This document shows, one piece after another, positions 30,481 to 39,584 of a DNA stretch of 63,304 nt. The notes beneath the pieces are model-generated. The model searched no databases. It was not told where the DNA came from and worked only from the letters and a program-made list of their open reading frames with translations. The translations under genes and the position numbers were made by a program. Each line of letters opens with the position of its first letter. Position 1 is the first letter of the stretch. Where the stretch lies: UHGV virus genome UHGV-1374956; one strand, written 5' to 3'. The DNA comes from a virus.

Positions 30481-31853
30481 TAAAATACCTCACTTCCGGG
30501 TCTTTGCATATTACCACGTCTTCTACTTGCTGGAACTTTTCTTGGACTTTCATCCTCACTATGTGAATTTACACCTTCTGGATTGTATTCAAACAATCCT
30601 TTGTCTATATTCCATAAATAAGCAACTTTATCCCCCAATGCCAAGTTCCTATTTTTTGCCATCTTTAATAATAAATTCCCATCATTTTGACACATAGAAA
30701 TTACACGAGTAGCGATTTGACCTATACTATCAGATTCCGCAATATGTTCCAATCTAGGTAATTTATCTTTTTCTGCATCTTCCCCGACTGCTTTTCTACC
30801 TGCTTGACACGTGTACACAATAGGCACACCTAAACGCATTGTTATATCTAAAGATTCTTGCATAACCTCTTCAAACTGTAAACGTCTATCTCTAGATTTT
30901 GTGGTTGGCTGTACGTTATATAACTGGTCAACAAATAAAATATCTAAATTTTCTTTTTCTATAAATGCTTGTAGCTTGGCGGTTGTAGGTCTTCCATTAA
31001 AATCTTCTTGCGTTGTAACAAAAATAGGTGTCTCTTGTTTTTGGAGATAATCTATATAATCTTTGTATGCACCGTGAACAACTTTATTTCCACGCTGTAA
31101 ACAAGTATTAGAAATATGACTATCTAATGTATCCAAACGATAACCTACATCTGTTTTACTCATCTCTCCACTATATATTCCTACACGTTTACCTTGATGC
31201 CAAGACGCTAACGCAAATTTATCAATAATCCAAGATTTACCTTGGTTTGGTCTAGCTAATAAAATAACTAAATCATTCTGTTTGAACCCTCCCATTATTT
31301 CATCAAATTCTGGAAAACCACACTTAATAAAATATTCGTCTTGATTATCTAGCATAGCTTCGTATTCTTGTAAACGAATTGGGGATTTCTCTACTATATC
31401 AAAAGAATTTAAAGGTGTGATTCCAGCAAGTTTAGGAATTTCCTGCTGTAAAAATTCTACTGCTTTCTGTGCATCAGATTCTAATAACGGTTCTATCTTT
31501 TTAAGAGTTATACAACTCATTCTAAATGTATGTTGCTCGTAAATTCGGTCTACAAGGTACTGGTCACTTTCTTGTACATCAAAAATTGTAAAGTCTGGAA
31601 ACTCAATAGCTATTGTAGATATATCAGGCACTTGTTTATACTTTTTAACGTGTTCGGAAATAAAATCGTATAAAGGTCTATACTTAACAAAAAAGCTACC
31701 ATCAATATTATTTGAATTAAGAATCATCATGGATTTGGAACTTAATACCTTACACAAGATACTACATTCTGCACCTTTGTCTTCCATCAATTCTATATAG
31801 TCTTCTTTGATACTACCGTCTTTATTAGTAATTTCCTTTTCTATATCACTCAT
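30480..31853 (-). CDS. DnaB-family replicative helicase
   Basis: LLARPNQGKSWI Walker A; RecA-like fold with DnaB-like C-terminal organisation. Confidence 0.7.
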   Translation of the reverse strand: MSDIEKEITNKDGSIKEDYIELMEDKGAECSILCKVLSSKSMMILNSNNIDGSFFVKYRPLYDFISEHVKKYKQVPDISTIAIEFPDFTIFDVQESDQYLVDRIYEQHTFRMSCITLKKIEPLLESDAQKAVEFLQQEIPKLAGITPLNSFDIVEKSPIRLQEYEAMLDNQDEYFIKCGFPEFDEIMGGFKQNDLVILLARPNQGKSWIIDKFALASWHQGKRVGIYSGEMSKTDVGYRLDTLDSHISNTCLQRGNKVVHGAYKDYIDYLQKQETPIFVTTQEDFNGRPTTAKLQAFIEKENLDILFVDQLYNVQPTTKSRDRRLQFEEVMQESLDITMRLGVPIVYTCQAGRKAVGEDAEKDKLPRLEHIAESDSIGQIATRVISMCQNDGNLLLKMAKNRNLALGDKVAYLWNIDKGLFEYNPEGVNSHSEDESPRKVPASRRRGNMQRPGSEVF

Positions 31854-32559
31854 CTCTACCTCTCAAACTGTCAGATTTTAATGTTATGACTGTACTTAAC
31901 CTAACTATTCTATCATATAACCTTTCCCCTAAATTAGCTTTGAGAGTGTCTCCTTGCAAATTAGTGGTAAAAATACTACTTAAACCTTTTAAAATTCTTG
32001 ATTCTATAATAGTGCTTAATATTAGTAAATCATAATCTTTTAAAGGTAAACAAGCTATATCATCAAAATGTACCAATGGACAATTTTGGGTTATATACTG
32101 TATTTTATCCCAATTTGAATTCTTATTTGAAATTGACTGTCTTGCTTGTAATAACAAATCAGGCACATAAACAAAATAAGCTGGTGGAACTGTGCTTGAA
32201 GAACCCTTGCTATTAAGTTCAATTTGCTTTTGTAATAACTTAATACCCCAACTTGTTTTGCCATTACCACATTTCTCAGACTGTAACAACAAATTCTTTC
32301 CTTTTGATACAAAATCTTCTAAATTATTTCTTATATCTACAATTTTGGATATCTCTTCTTTATCCTTTGGTACAGATTTTAAACTAAATGGATTCCAAAA
32401 TTTTTCTGGTAAATTGCTATTTTCAAAATGAGCTTTCATATTTTTGTAAATAGGACAATGCTCATCACACCAGTCTGTATTTAAACCTTTTATACAAGTT
32501 TCTGGTTCTTCTTCAGTATCACCTATATAATAGTACCAACAATCTGTATTCATTACCAA
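31846..32559 (-). CDS. helicase-loader-like ATPase (DnaC/IstB-like) with N-terminal Cys cluster
   Basis: SEKCGNGKTSWG P-loop; placed between the initiator and the helicase. Confidence 0.5.
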   Translation of the reverse strand: MVMNTDCWYYYIGDTEEEPETCIKGLNTDWCDEHCPIYKNMKAHFENSNLPEKFWNPFSLKSVPKDKEEISKIVDIRNNLEDFVSKGKNLLLQSEKCGNGKTSWGIKLLQKQIELNSKGSSSTVPPAYFVYVPDLLLQARQSISNKNSNWDKIQYITQNCPLVHFDDIACLPLKDYDLLILSTIIESRILKGLSSIFTTNLQGDTLKANLGERLYDRIVRLSTVITLKSDSLRGRDE

Positions 32560-33470
32560 ATCTCCTCAATATTACCTTCTTCGTCTCTAACAAAATCACC
32601 CTCGTATGCTTTACTTACAACACTAGATTCAGATAAAACCTTATTGTAATAACTTGGCTTGAATACCGTCTTATAATTACCTGTTATATTGTATTCGCAT
32701 ATTATTTCAATTCCCTTAGGTACATTATTTGCCATTTTACAAATCTGGTTTACTTTGTGTTTTAAAGTTGTTTTTGGTAAGTTATAAGTATCCAAACAAA
32801 ATAAACAATAATCTTCCAATGCTTTTTTGGTTTCTGGATAGTCATTCCATTCATTTAATTTTGCCTGAATCTCATTTGGTATTTTTGCACTTGCTTTTAT
32901 CACCGGAGCCTTAACCCGAGGGGCCTGAGGCGCAGGTTGGCTTGGTTGGGATATTTGATTATTATTCCCTAATATATTAGTTTTATTCGAATTTTCCCCC
33001 ATACCCGTAGGGTTATTTGATGTAATATTATATGTATTATTTAATGTATTATTATATGCAAGATTTTTTGGGGAGCCCTCCAAATTTTCTTGCATAGGGT
33101 GGTCAAGATTTTTTGGGGAGCCCTCCAAATTTTCTTGCATAGGGTGGTCAAGATTTTTTGGGGAGCCCTCCAAATTTTCTTGCATAGGGTGGTCAACGAT
33201 TCTTAAATACCTATTTACCACCTCTTTACTGTTTTCTGCATATACAATTTCTCTACTAATAAATTTATTATCTATTAACTCGTTTATCCAATTATTTATA
33301 GATGTTTTAGATACACCATACAAACTTGAAAAATATGCGTTGCTTGCGTAACAATAGCCATGTTTATTGCTCAATGCAGTTATCTCACCATATAGTAATT
33401 TTGCATTTGGTGTAATATTTGAATACCTAACAGTGGCGGGAATTATGGCATAATAATTAGGATTTTCCAT
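32553..33470 (-). CDS. replisome organiser / replication initiator (phage_rep_org_N-like)
   Basis: N-terminus YYAIIPATVRYSNITPNAKLLYGEITALSNKHGYCYASN matches the phage replisome-organiser wHTH domain. Contains a 15-aa unit, DHPMQENLEGSPKNL, repeated three times. Confidence 0.65.
   Translation of the reverse strand: MENPNYYAIIPATVRYSNITPNAKLLYGEITALSNKHGYCYASNAYFSSLYGVSKTSINNWINELIDNKFISREIVYAENSKEVVNRYLRIVDHPMQENLEGSPKNLDHPMQENLEGSPKNLDHPMQENLEGSPKNLAYNNTLNNTYNITSNNPTGMGENSNKTNILGNNNQISQPSQPAPQAPRVKAPVIKASAKIPNEIQAKLNEWNDYPETKKALEDYCLFCLDTYNLPKTTLKHKVNQICKMANNVPKGIEIICEYNITGNYKTVFKPSYYNKVLSESSVVSKAYEGDFVRDEEGNIEEIW
33062..33196. repeat. 3 x 45-bp perfect tandem direct repeats (putative origin iterons) inside the initiator gene
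   Basis: gattttttggggagccctccaaattttcttgcatagggtggtcaa x3, read directly from the sequence. Confidence 0.9.
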
Positions 33471-33787
33471 TTAATAACTCCTCTCTACATTAAAGGGTGG
33501 CGGGAATAACTCCCGCCGTGGTGGACCGAGATATTATTTTCCAGGTAATACCAGCCCTTTATCCTCTATATAACTTTTGACTTTCCTCTATTTTATTCTC
33601 TACTTCTGTAATTACTTTCTCCCAACATTCTTCATTTATTTTAGCTATATTAGTGTCGTCTTCAATATTTACAGATATAGAATGTTCAAAAGAGTTCCAC
33701 AAATTATCAGATATTGCATAACTTAATTTCATAGAATAAGTTGCATTAGTTATAGAATATCCTTTTGGCTTTTCCTCTAATTTAGCT

Positions 33788-34201
33788 TTAGTCATTTTCT
33801 TTCTCCTTTTTAATAACTTTTGTATAAAGTGAGACAGTAGTTTTGATAATTTGTGCTGGTTCTAATTTTTTAGCTTCAATACAACCATTATAAATAAAAG
33901 ATTCAAGAGCATCAAAGTCTACATATTCTTTAGTTTTAATGACATTTTTTAAATCATATTTTTTACAATTTTCTTTAAGAATTTCTATAACTTTTTCTTC
34001 GTCCATATCAATTTTATTAGAATATTGTAAATATGCTCTATAGTTATCTCCATAGAACTCATCAACATCTAATTCTTTTAATTTACCTTTAACAAAATCA
34101 CCTTTTGATTTTATTGAAGTTTCTAATTTTGCTTTGTCAGCTTTTTCTTTTGCTAAACTATCAATAGTTTTCTTTAAATTAGCTTCTTCTACTTTATTCA
34201 C
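33788..34201 (-). CDS. hypothetical protein
   Basis: 137-aa ORF. Confidence 0.4.
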   Translation of the reverse strand: MNKVEEANLKKTIDSLAKEKADKAKLETSIKSKGDFVKGKLKELDVDEFYGDNYRAYLQYSNKIDMDEEKVIEILKENCKKYDLKNVIKTKEYVDFDALESFIYNGCIEAKKLEPAQIIKTTVSLYTKVIKKEKEND

Positions 34202-34487
34202 GAGATTCTCCTTTCTTTTTGCTCCAATAATATTTTGAATTAAAATCGGACATTTGACCCCATTTTAAATTTTTTCTAAAATTTTGTAATTCAGTTACTT
34301 GTTCCAATTTAAAGTACCAAGTACCTTTTGAATCTGTAGTATAAGCAGGTAAACCTACTTCACATATTGCTTTCCCCGACTTATCTGCCCATTTATACCA
34401 CCTTTTAATAGTGGCTGAACTGCAATTAAGCATGAGGGCTGTACGGGTTATTGAAAGCAAATCATTATGTATATTCCAATTCTCCAT
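34194..34487 (-). CDS. HTH DNA-binding protein (AlpA/Xis-like HTH_17)
   Basis: LSITRTALMLNCSSATIKRWYKW. Confidence 0.4.
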   Translation of the reverse strand: MENWNIHNDLLSITRTALMLNCSSATIKRWYKWADKSGKAICEVGLPAYTTDSKGTWYFKLEQVTELQNFRKNLKWGQMSDFNSKYYWSKKKGESRE

Positions 34488-36224
34488 TTATTCCTCTCCT
34501 AATACTCTTAATAATAATTCATTTATGAATTGTTTGTTGGTTGTTTGTCCATCTATAAAATAGCTGGCTAGCTCACCTTTTTTCATAACAATTTCATTTA
34601 CTACTTCATCAATTGTGTCTTGACATAATAATGTATAGACATTTACTGTTTTTGTAGTTCCTATTCTATGGCATCTATCACTTCCTTGTCTTTTATTAGC
34701 ATCATTCCAAGGTTCATCCAAGAAGATTACATTGTTTCCAGCTGTCAAAGTTATACCGGTACCCATAGCTTGTCTGGTACCTAACAACACTTTACAATTT
34801 TCGTCATTTTGGAATTTTTGTACTGCCAAATCTCTTTCTGCTAATTTAATATCTCCAGTTATTTTACCTGGATTGTATTTTTTACATCTATTAAATGCTT
34901 CGTCAATTATTTGAGAAAATTCACTAAATACAACAACTTTTTCGTCATTCTTAACACAATCTTCAATAATTTGTAACATCATATCTAATTTAGATGTTTG
35001 TGTAGCTGTGGAACTTAATAAACCACTAAACCCAGTTACTTGGCGTAATCTTGTTAATTGAGCCAACGGGTTTGGACTTAATTTAATTTTATCAATTTGT
35101 TCTCTTAAAGCTGTAACCACTTCGTCATAAAGTTTCCATTCTTCTTTTGACATTTCTACATAAATAGGAATATCATTCTTAGGTGGTAAATCTAAAACAT
35201 CTTCTTTTTTGCGACGTAGCATACAAGTATTTAATTTTTGAATAATTTCATTTTTATGTTTATACCCAATTATTTGATGGTCTCCAAAACCCCCAAATAT
35301 GCAATAATGATTTTTGTATTGCGTAAATGTATGATTTTCTAATCCTAGCCACTTAAAAATAATATATAAATCTTCAATAGAATTCATTAAAGGTGTTCCG
35401 CTTATTGCAATACGTTCTTTAGACAATAATTTTTGGAATCCTTTTCCTTGTTGCGAATTTGGGTTTTTGCATTTATGGATTTCGTCTGCAATAACCATTC
35501 CAATTTCACCACTTCTACACATTCTTTGAAGTTGATTAGCTAATTCTATATTTCTTAAAGACTCTACGTTTACAATTATAAAAAAGTTATCAACTCCATT
35601 AACTAAATCTTCCATCTTTTCTTTAGTATCTTTAAAAGTTAATTTACCTTTATTTCTTCCTCTTGTAATAACACGTTGACCTAAAATATAAGGTTCTTCA
35701 TTGGTGTGTGTTTTAATTTCATGGCACCAGTTTAATTTTAAGTTATTTACACCTACAACAATTAAACAATGCTTAAACCAATTTTGTTCTCTTTTAGCGA
35801 GGGCAATATTTAATGTTTGGAATGTTTTTCCTAATCCTTGGTCATCTGCTAATAACCATTTCTCGCTGTTCATTCCATAATTAAAGCCTTCTATTTGATG
35901 TTGCCTTGGTTGTGTTTTATATAAATGTAGGACACCACAATCTTTGCATTTCTCGCTGTTGTTTGTACTACCTATAATAGTAAGTTGGTCATGTATATCA
36001 AAATCAACTTTTGCGAATGCTAATTGCTGTTTTAAACTTTCTAAACAATTAAAAGGCAGTTCCCACATTTTCGTTTTTGGGTGCCAAAATTTCTTTTCGA
36101 AACCTCTCATTATACACACTATTTTTGCATCATAAGGAAACGTCACTAATAGTGCCTTATCGGTTTTTAAGTTTATTGGTAAATCTATAAGAATTTTTAC
36201 TGCCATACATTTATTGTATAACAT
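34488..36224 (-). CDS. SNF2-family DEAD/H helicase
   Basis: LLADDQGLGKT motif I, DEIH motif II and C-terminal helicase motifs. The true start is probably Met7 (ATGGCA at 36206), because the conserved promoter motif covers codons 1-6. Confidence 0.75.
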   Translation of the reverse strand: MLYNKCMAVKILIDLPINLKTDKALLVTFPYDAKIVCIMRGFEKKFWHPKTKMWELPFNCLESLKQQLAFAKVDFDIHDQLTIIGSTNNSEKCKDCGVLHLYKTQPRQHQIEGFNYGMNSEKWLLADDQGLGKTFQTLNIALAKREQNWFKHCLIVVGVNNLKLNWCHEIKTHTNEEPYILGQRVITRGRNKGKLTFKDTKEKMEDLVNGVDNFFIIVNVESLRNIELANQLQRMCRSGEIGMVIADEIHKCKNPNSQQGKGFQKLLSKERIAISGTPLMNSIEDLYIIFKWLGLENHTFTQYKNHYCIFGGFGDHQIIGYKHKNEIIQKLNTCMLRRKKEDVLDLPPKNDIPIYVEMSKEEWKLYDEVVTALREQIDKIKLSPNPLAQLTRLRQVTGFSGLLSSTATQTSKLDMMLQIIEDCVKNDEKVVVFSEFSQIIDEAFNRCKKYNPGKITGDIKLAERDLAVQKFQNDENCKVLLGTRQAMGTGITLTAGNNVIFLDEPWNDANKRQGSDRCHRIGTTKTVNVYTLLCQDTIDEVVNEIVMKKGELASYFIDGQTTNKQFINELLLRVLGEE

Positions 36225-36226
36225 AA
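36210..36226 (-). promoter_or_regulatory. conserved promoter motif (copy 8, abuts the SNF2 start codon)
   Basis: TTATGTTATACAATAAA followed directly by TGTATGGCA. Confidence 0.45.
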
Positions 36227-36258
36227 TTTAAAAATTTAAACACTTTGTAAAGTTTTGT

Positions 36259-36293
36259 AAATAAAAAAAATAGTACACCAAAATGATGTACTA
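36259..36293 (-). terminator. rho-independent terminator
   Basis: TAGTACA/TGTACTA stem followed by a T-tract of 8 or more on the minus strand. Confidence 0.6.
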
Positions 36294-36320
36294 TTGGGAT
36301 AGTGGAGCTTTGAAGAGAGC

Positions 36321-36779
36321 TTAATATTTTCTATGCTTTTTATAATTTAGTTTTTCCATACCGTCTACGTATGCTCGTTCGCTTGCATCGCCCTGGTAAT
36401 CATCATCTTCTAAATCAGCTATTGTATATTTCACATAAGTTGAAAAGTCTTGAGTAGTTTCTCCATAATCAGAATATTTCATATTCATCCAGTATGCAAA
36501 ATCATAACAAGTGTACGGAGTATCTGTGAAATCAATATTTACTTTATTTTTGATTCCTTGATATTCCCATTTAGGTACAGGCTCTCCTGTCCTATTTTCT
36601 AGAACACTAATCATCTTATTATAAGTTTCTGCATCTCTAATATGAAAACCATGTCTTAATGTACATATAAAGTCCTCTAAACTCATTACATCAGAAAGTT
36701 TAACATATTCGTGTAATTTTAGAAATTTATCCGGATGATTTTCAACTAAATATTTGAGATTTTCTTGAATTGATTCCAT
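36321..36779 (-). CDS. hypothetical protein
   Basis: 152-aa ORF. Confidence 0.4.
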   Translation of the reverse strand: MESIQENLKYLVENHPDKFLKLHEYVKLSDVMSLEDFICTLRHGFHIRDAETYNKMISVLENRTGEPVPKWEYQGIKNKVNIDFTDTPYTCYDFAYWMNMKYSDYGETTQDFSTYVKYTIADLEDDDYQGDASERAYVDGMEKLNYKKHRKY

Positions 36780-36791
36780 TTTAAATTTCTC

Positions 36792-37313
36792 CTATTTTTC
36801 TTTTAAAGATGATTCATATTTTTTCATCTTTTTATGTAATATATCGTCCCAGGTATGCAAATCGTGAATGGCAGTTGCGTTTGTTGTGATTGCACAAGTA
36901 TTCTGCGATGCATCATATCTTACCGCGTCAATATTGCGGTTGGTTGTGCAACAACATGAGTCTTGATTGTGTTGCATATTGCAAAGAGCCATTTGAACAC
37001 CACCAAAGCCTTGACATAAGTCTTTTTGAGTATCAAATTGTCTGTTTACAACTTGTGTAAATCCTTGACCCAACGTATTTTCTATACGGTCACCAGTTCT
37101 ACCAATTTGGTTTGCTAGGTTTGTGTATAGAAAATCATTTGTGATTTGGTTTAAACCGTTGTTATTTCCGAAACCAAATCCGTTGCCTCCCCAAGCTAAT
37201 AGGAAGAACAAGAAGAACACCCAAGCACCATCGCCGTCGCCACCAAACATACCGCCTCTACGGTTGCCTTGGCCAAGCAAAAGAGCTTCGGTTGAAGATA
37301 AACCTGAATCCAT
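36792..37313 (-). CDS. Gly-rich membrane protein with Cys-rich C-terminal domain (YjcZ-like N-terminus)
   Basis: GGMFGGDGDGAWVFFLFFLLAWGGNGFGFG then CCCTT...C. The GC-rich codons stand out in an AT-rich genome. Confidence 0.45.
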   Translation of the reverse strand: MDSGLSSTEALLLGQGNRRGGMFGGDGDGAWVFFLFFLLAWGGNGFGFGNNNGLNQITNDFLYTNLANQIGRTGDRIENTLGQGFTQVVNRQFDTQKDLCQGFGGVQMALCNMQHNQDSCCCTTNRNIDAVRYDASQNTCAITTNATAIHDLHTWDDILHKKMKKYESSLKEK

Positions 37314-37382
37314 AGTTTTACCTCGCCTTTCTTTATTAAATGTACCTACCTCACATAGTCTAAGCTATGGAATTTCAGGAAT

Positions 37383-37622
37383 CTATAAAGAGAGTCCGAA
37401 TTGTGATGCCCACTGATTCAATTCTTGTGAGCTGATATTCTTTTCTTTTGCGACATTCATTATTATTTGTTTCATTTGTTCATTAGATTGGCCTTGAGCC
37501 ATTTTCTGTGCTTGAGCAAATAGGGGATTTTGACCGAACATTGTTTGAGCTAATTGCATTGGGTTCGGATTATTTCTAAGCTGTGCGAACATTTGGAACA
37601 GTTGCATTGGATTTTGATTCAT
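37383..37622 (-). CDS. Q/N/M-rich repeat protein
   Basis: NPMQL repeats. Confidence 0.35.
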   Translation of the reverse strand: MNQNPMQLFQMFAQLRNNPNPMQLAQTMFGQNPLFAQAQKMAQGQSNEQMKQIIMNVAKEKNISSQELNQWASQFGLSL

Positions 37623-38025
37623 TGTTATTTAACCCTTGTAACTGTTGCTCTAACATCGCAACCTTATTTTGTAACTCTTCTATAATTTTGTTAGAAACAG
37701 GTTGTTCATTAACCTGTGAAGGTGGGGTTTGTGGTAATTGCTGTTCTACATAATACTTAATAGGACAACTACCATCAGGCATTACTTGTTTTGTGTAAAT
37801 GCGTTTGTTAGCCATATCCGGAAATACGTGTAAACTTCCATCCCAGTCAATAGCACAACCTTGAGCTTCTTCAAAACAAGTAACAGGACGACCCTTTATG
37901 AATTTCTGAACAGGGCCGGCCTGTACGGAAGAAGGTTGCATATACGCATTGTATTGATTTCTTTCAAAACCAGGTTGAGGAGTTTGCATAAAATGCGGAT
38001 TGGAGTATGTATAATTTGAGACCAT
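37576..38025 (-). CDS. Q/P-rich protein
   Basis: 149-aa ORF. Confidence 0.35.
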   Translation of the reverse strand: MVSNYTYSNPHFMQTPQPGFERNQYNAYMQPSSVQAGPVQKFIKGRPVTCFEEAQGCAIDWDGSLHVFPDMANKRIYTKQVMPDGSCPIKYYVEQQLPQTPPSQVNEQPVSNKIIEELQNKVAMLEQQLQGLNNNESKSNATVPNVRTA

Positions 38026-38054
38026 TAGGATAATTCCTTTCTTTTCTATATTTT

Positions 38055-38097
38055 TATTATATAAAAAGAACCCATCACTTGTAATAAAATGATGGGA
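38055..38097 (-). terminator. rho-independent terminator after the lysis cassette
   Basis: CCCATCA/TGATGGG stem with a T-tract on the minus strand (ttcttttta). Confidence 0.55.
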
Positions 38098-38146
38098 TTT
38101 TATTAAATCTATCGAAAAGTCTTTACTTTCTATCTAAACCTAAATA

Positions 38147-38635
38147 TTAAACACGCTGATAATACCATCTTACTTTGTTTCTAATAAAGTCACCTACTTC
38201 GTTTTTAGGTACAAAGTTAAATGGTGGTAAAAATATAATATCTATTTTACCATAGCTAGAAGTTTTTGGGTGTGCTTGTCCGAATTCATAGTGTGTTAAA
38301 ACTGTTTGAGGAGTTATAGGGATACTGTAATCTTTACATAATTTGGCTAATAGTTCAAAAGTTGCTTCACATTGTTTACGTGTCAATGCGTATTTTGTAC
38401 TATTAGGATTGCCATTGAAATCTTTCATACCACACATAGCAACACCTATTGAACCTGTATTGCCACCTCCACAATGAGCGGCATAATTGCCATCTGTACA
38501 ATTTTTGTTATCATGTACACTATGTTTTCCTTTAATTATTAAACCGTCTCCATTTATTAGATAATGGTAATGTTCATATTCTATAGAATTTGGTTGATTT
38601 GTTCCTGCTGTCCAATGTAAAATTATTCTTTTCAT
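38147..38635 (-). CDS. N-acetylmuramoyl-L-alanine amidase (Amidase_2/PGRP endolysin)
   Basis: ILHWTAG ... AAHCGGGNTGSIGVAMCGM Zn-amidase motifs. Confidence 0.8.
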   Translation of the reverse strand: MKRIILHWTAGTNQPNSIEYEHYHYLINGDGLIIKGKHSVHDNKNCTDGNYAAHCGGGNTGSIGVAMCGMKDFNGNPNSTKYALTRKQCEATFELLAKLCKDYSIPITPQTVLTHYEFGQAHPKTSSYGKIDIIFLPPFNFVPKNEVGDFIRNKVRWYYQRV

Positions 38636-38880
38636 TTTTTATGCTCCACATTAAAACATTCTAATAATAAGTCCATTTTACCGTCAATATTGTGTAATAA
38701 ATCGTGGTCTATAGCAATACTTTTATATATTTCTCCTCTACATTTTTCACATTTATCGTGGCTTACATACTTTTGACCAATTAACCAATCAACCATTTTG
38801 AAAGCTCCTACTAAACCCGCTACACCTAATAAAGCGAAAAATCCATACATATATTGAATTAGTTGAGAATTTTCAGGCAC
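38632..38880 (-). CDS. holin-like small membrane protein
   Basis: Single TM segment FFALLGVAGLVGAF; overlaps the endolysin start. Confidence 0.5.
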   Translation of the reverse strand: MPENSQLIQYMYGFFALLGVAGLVGAFKMVDWLIGQKYVSHDKCEKCRGEIYKSIAIDHDLLHNIDGKMDLLLECFNVEHKK

Positions 38881-39361
38881 GTTTCCACCCTCCTCTAATT
38901 TTTTGATAGTTATCTACTGAATGTTTAATTGCCCATCTTCTGATAGGACCTGTTCCTCCTACTTTACATAATTTTTCTAAACAAATTGTAGATAAATATC
39001 TATCATTGTTAATATAATTATGATTTTCACATAATATATCATGTACCATAGAGGCTATCATAAATTTCGGGTCTGTTTTAGGCCCAATTAGTCTCCAGAA
39101 AAACCAAGGAATAGAAGCACCATCCCAAGTATAATCTGCTGGAATTGTAAACTCATATTGATACGTGATATCTTTTAGTTTATAAAGAATAGTAACTTTA
39201 ATCTCTTCTAGATTTATAAAAGGTTTATTAAGTTTTTCTTCTTTTTGTTCTTTTGTATCACCTGGACAAGGATATCTAAAATCAACATGAGGATTTTTTG
39301 AAAATAATATTGCGAGCTCGTCATCTTTATAATAAGTAAGATTACTTGCTGTTTGTATCAT
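38873..39361 (-). CDS. hypothetical protein (lysis-cassette associated)
   Basis: 162-aa ORF. Confidence 0.4.
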   Translation of the reverse strand: MIQTASNLTYYKDDELAILFSKNPHVDFRYPCPGDTKEQKEEKLNKPFINLEEIKVTILYKLKDITYQYEFTIPADYTWDGASIPWFFWRLIGPKTDPKFMIASMVHDILCENHNYINNDRYLSTICLEKLCKVGGTGPIRRWAIKHSVDNYQKIRGGWKRA

Positions 39362-39584
39362 TTTCCCTTACCTTTCCGTTCACTTGAATTACAGTAATTG
39401 CACCGCTTTTCTTTACTCTAATAACTTGCATTTGTTTTTCGTAAATTGGTTGTTTTTGAATTAGTAATACTGCACCAGCATTTTCTACTTCTACCAATTG
39501 AGTATTTTCTTTTAATTGTTCTTCTGCAAGTACACAATTAGAAAATAGTAAGAAAATGGCTAACAGAGAGAATATTTTCTTCAT
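39342..39584 (-). CDS. secreted small protein
   Basis: Signal peptide MKKIFSLLAIFLLFSNCVLA. Confidence 0.45.
   Translation of the reverse strand: MKKIFSLLAIFLLFSNCVLAEEQLKENTQLVEVENAGAVLLIQKQPIYEKQMQVIRVKKSGAITVIQVNGKVRENDTNSK

Noticed and set aside
33062-33196. Tandem 45-bp repeats as a CRISPR array
   Set aside because: The repeats are contiguous with no spacers and lie in frame inside a coding region.
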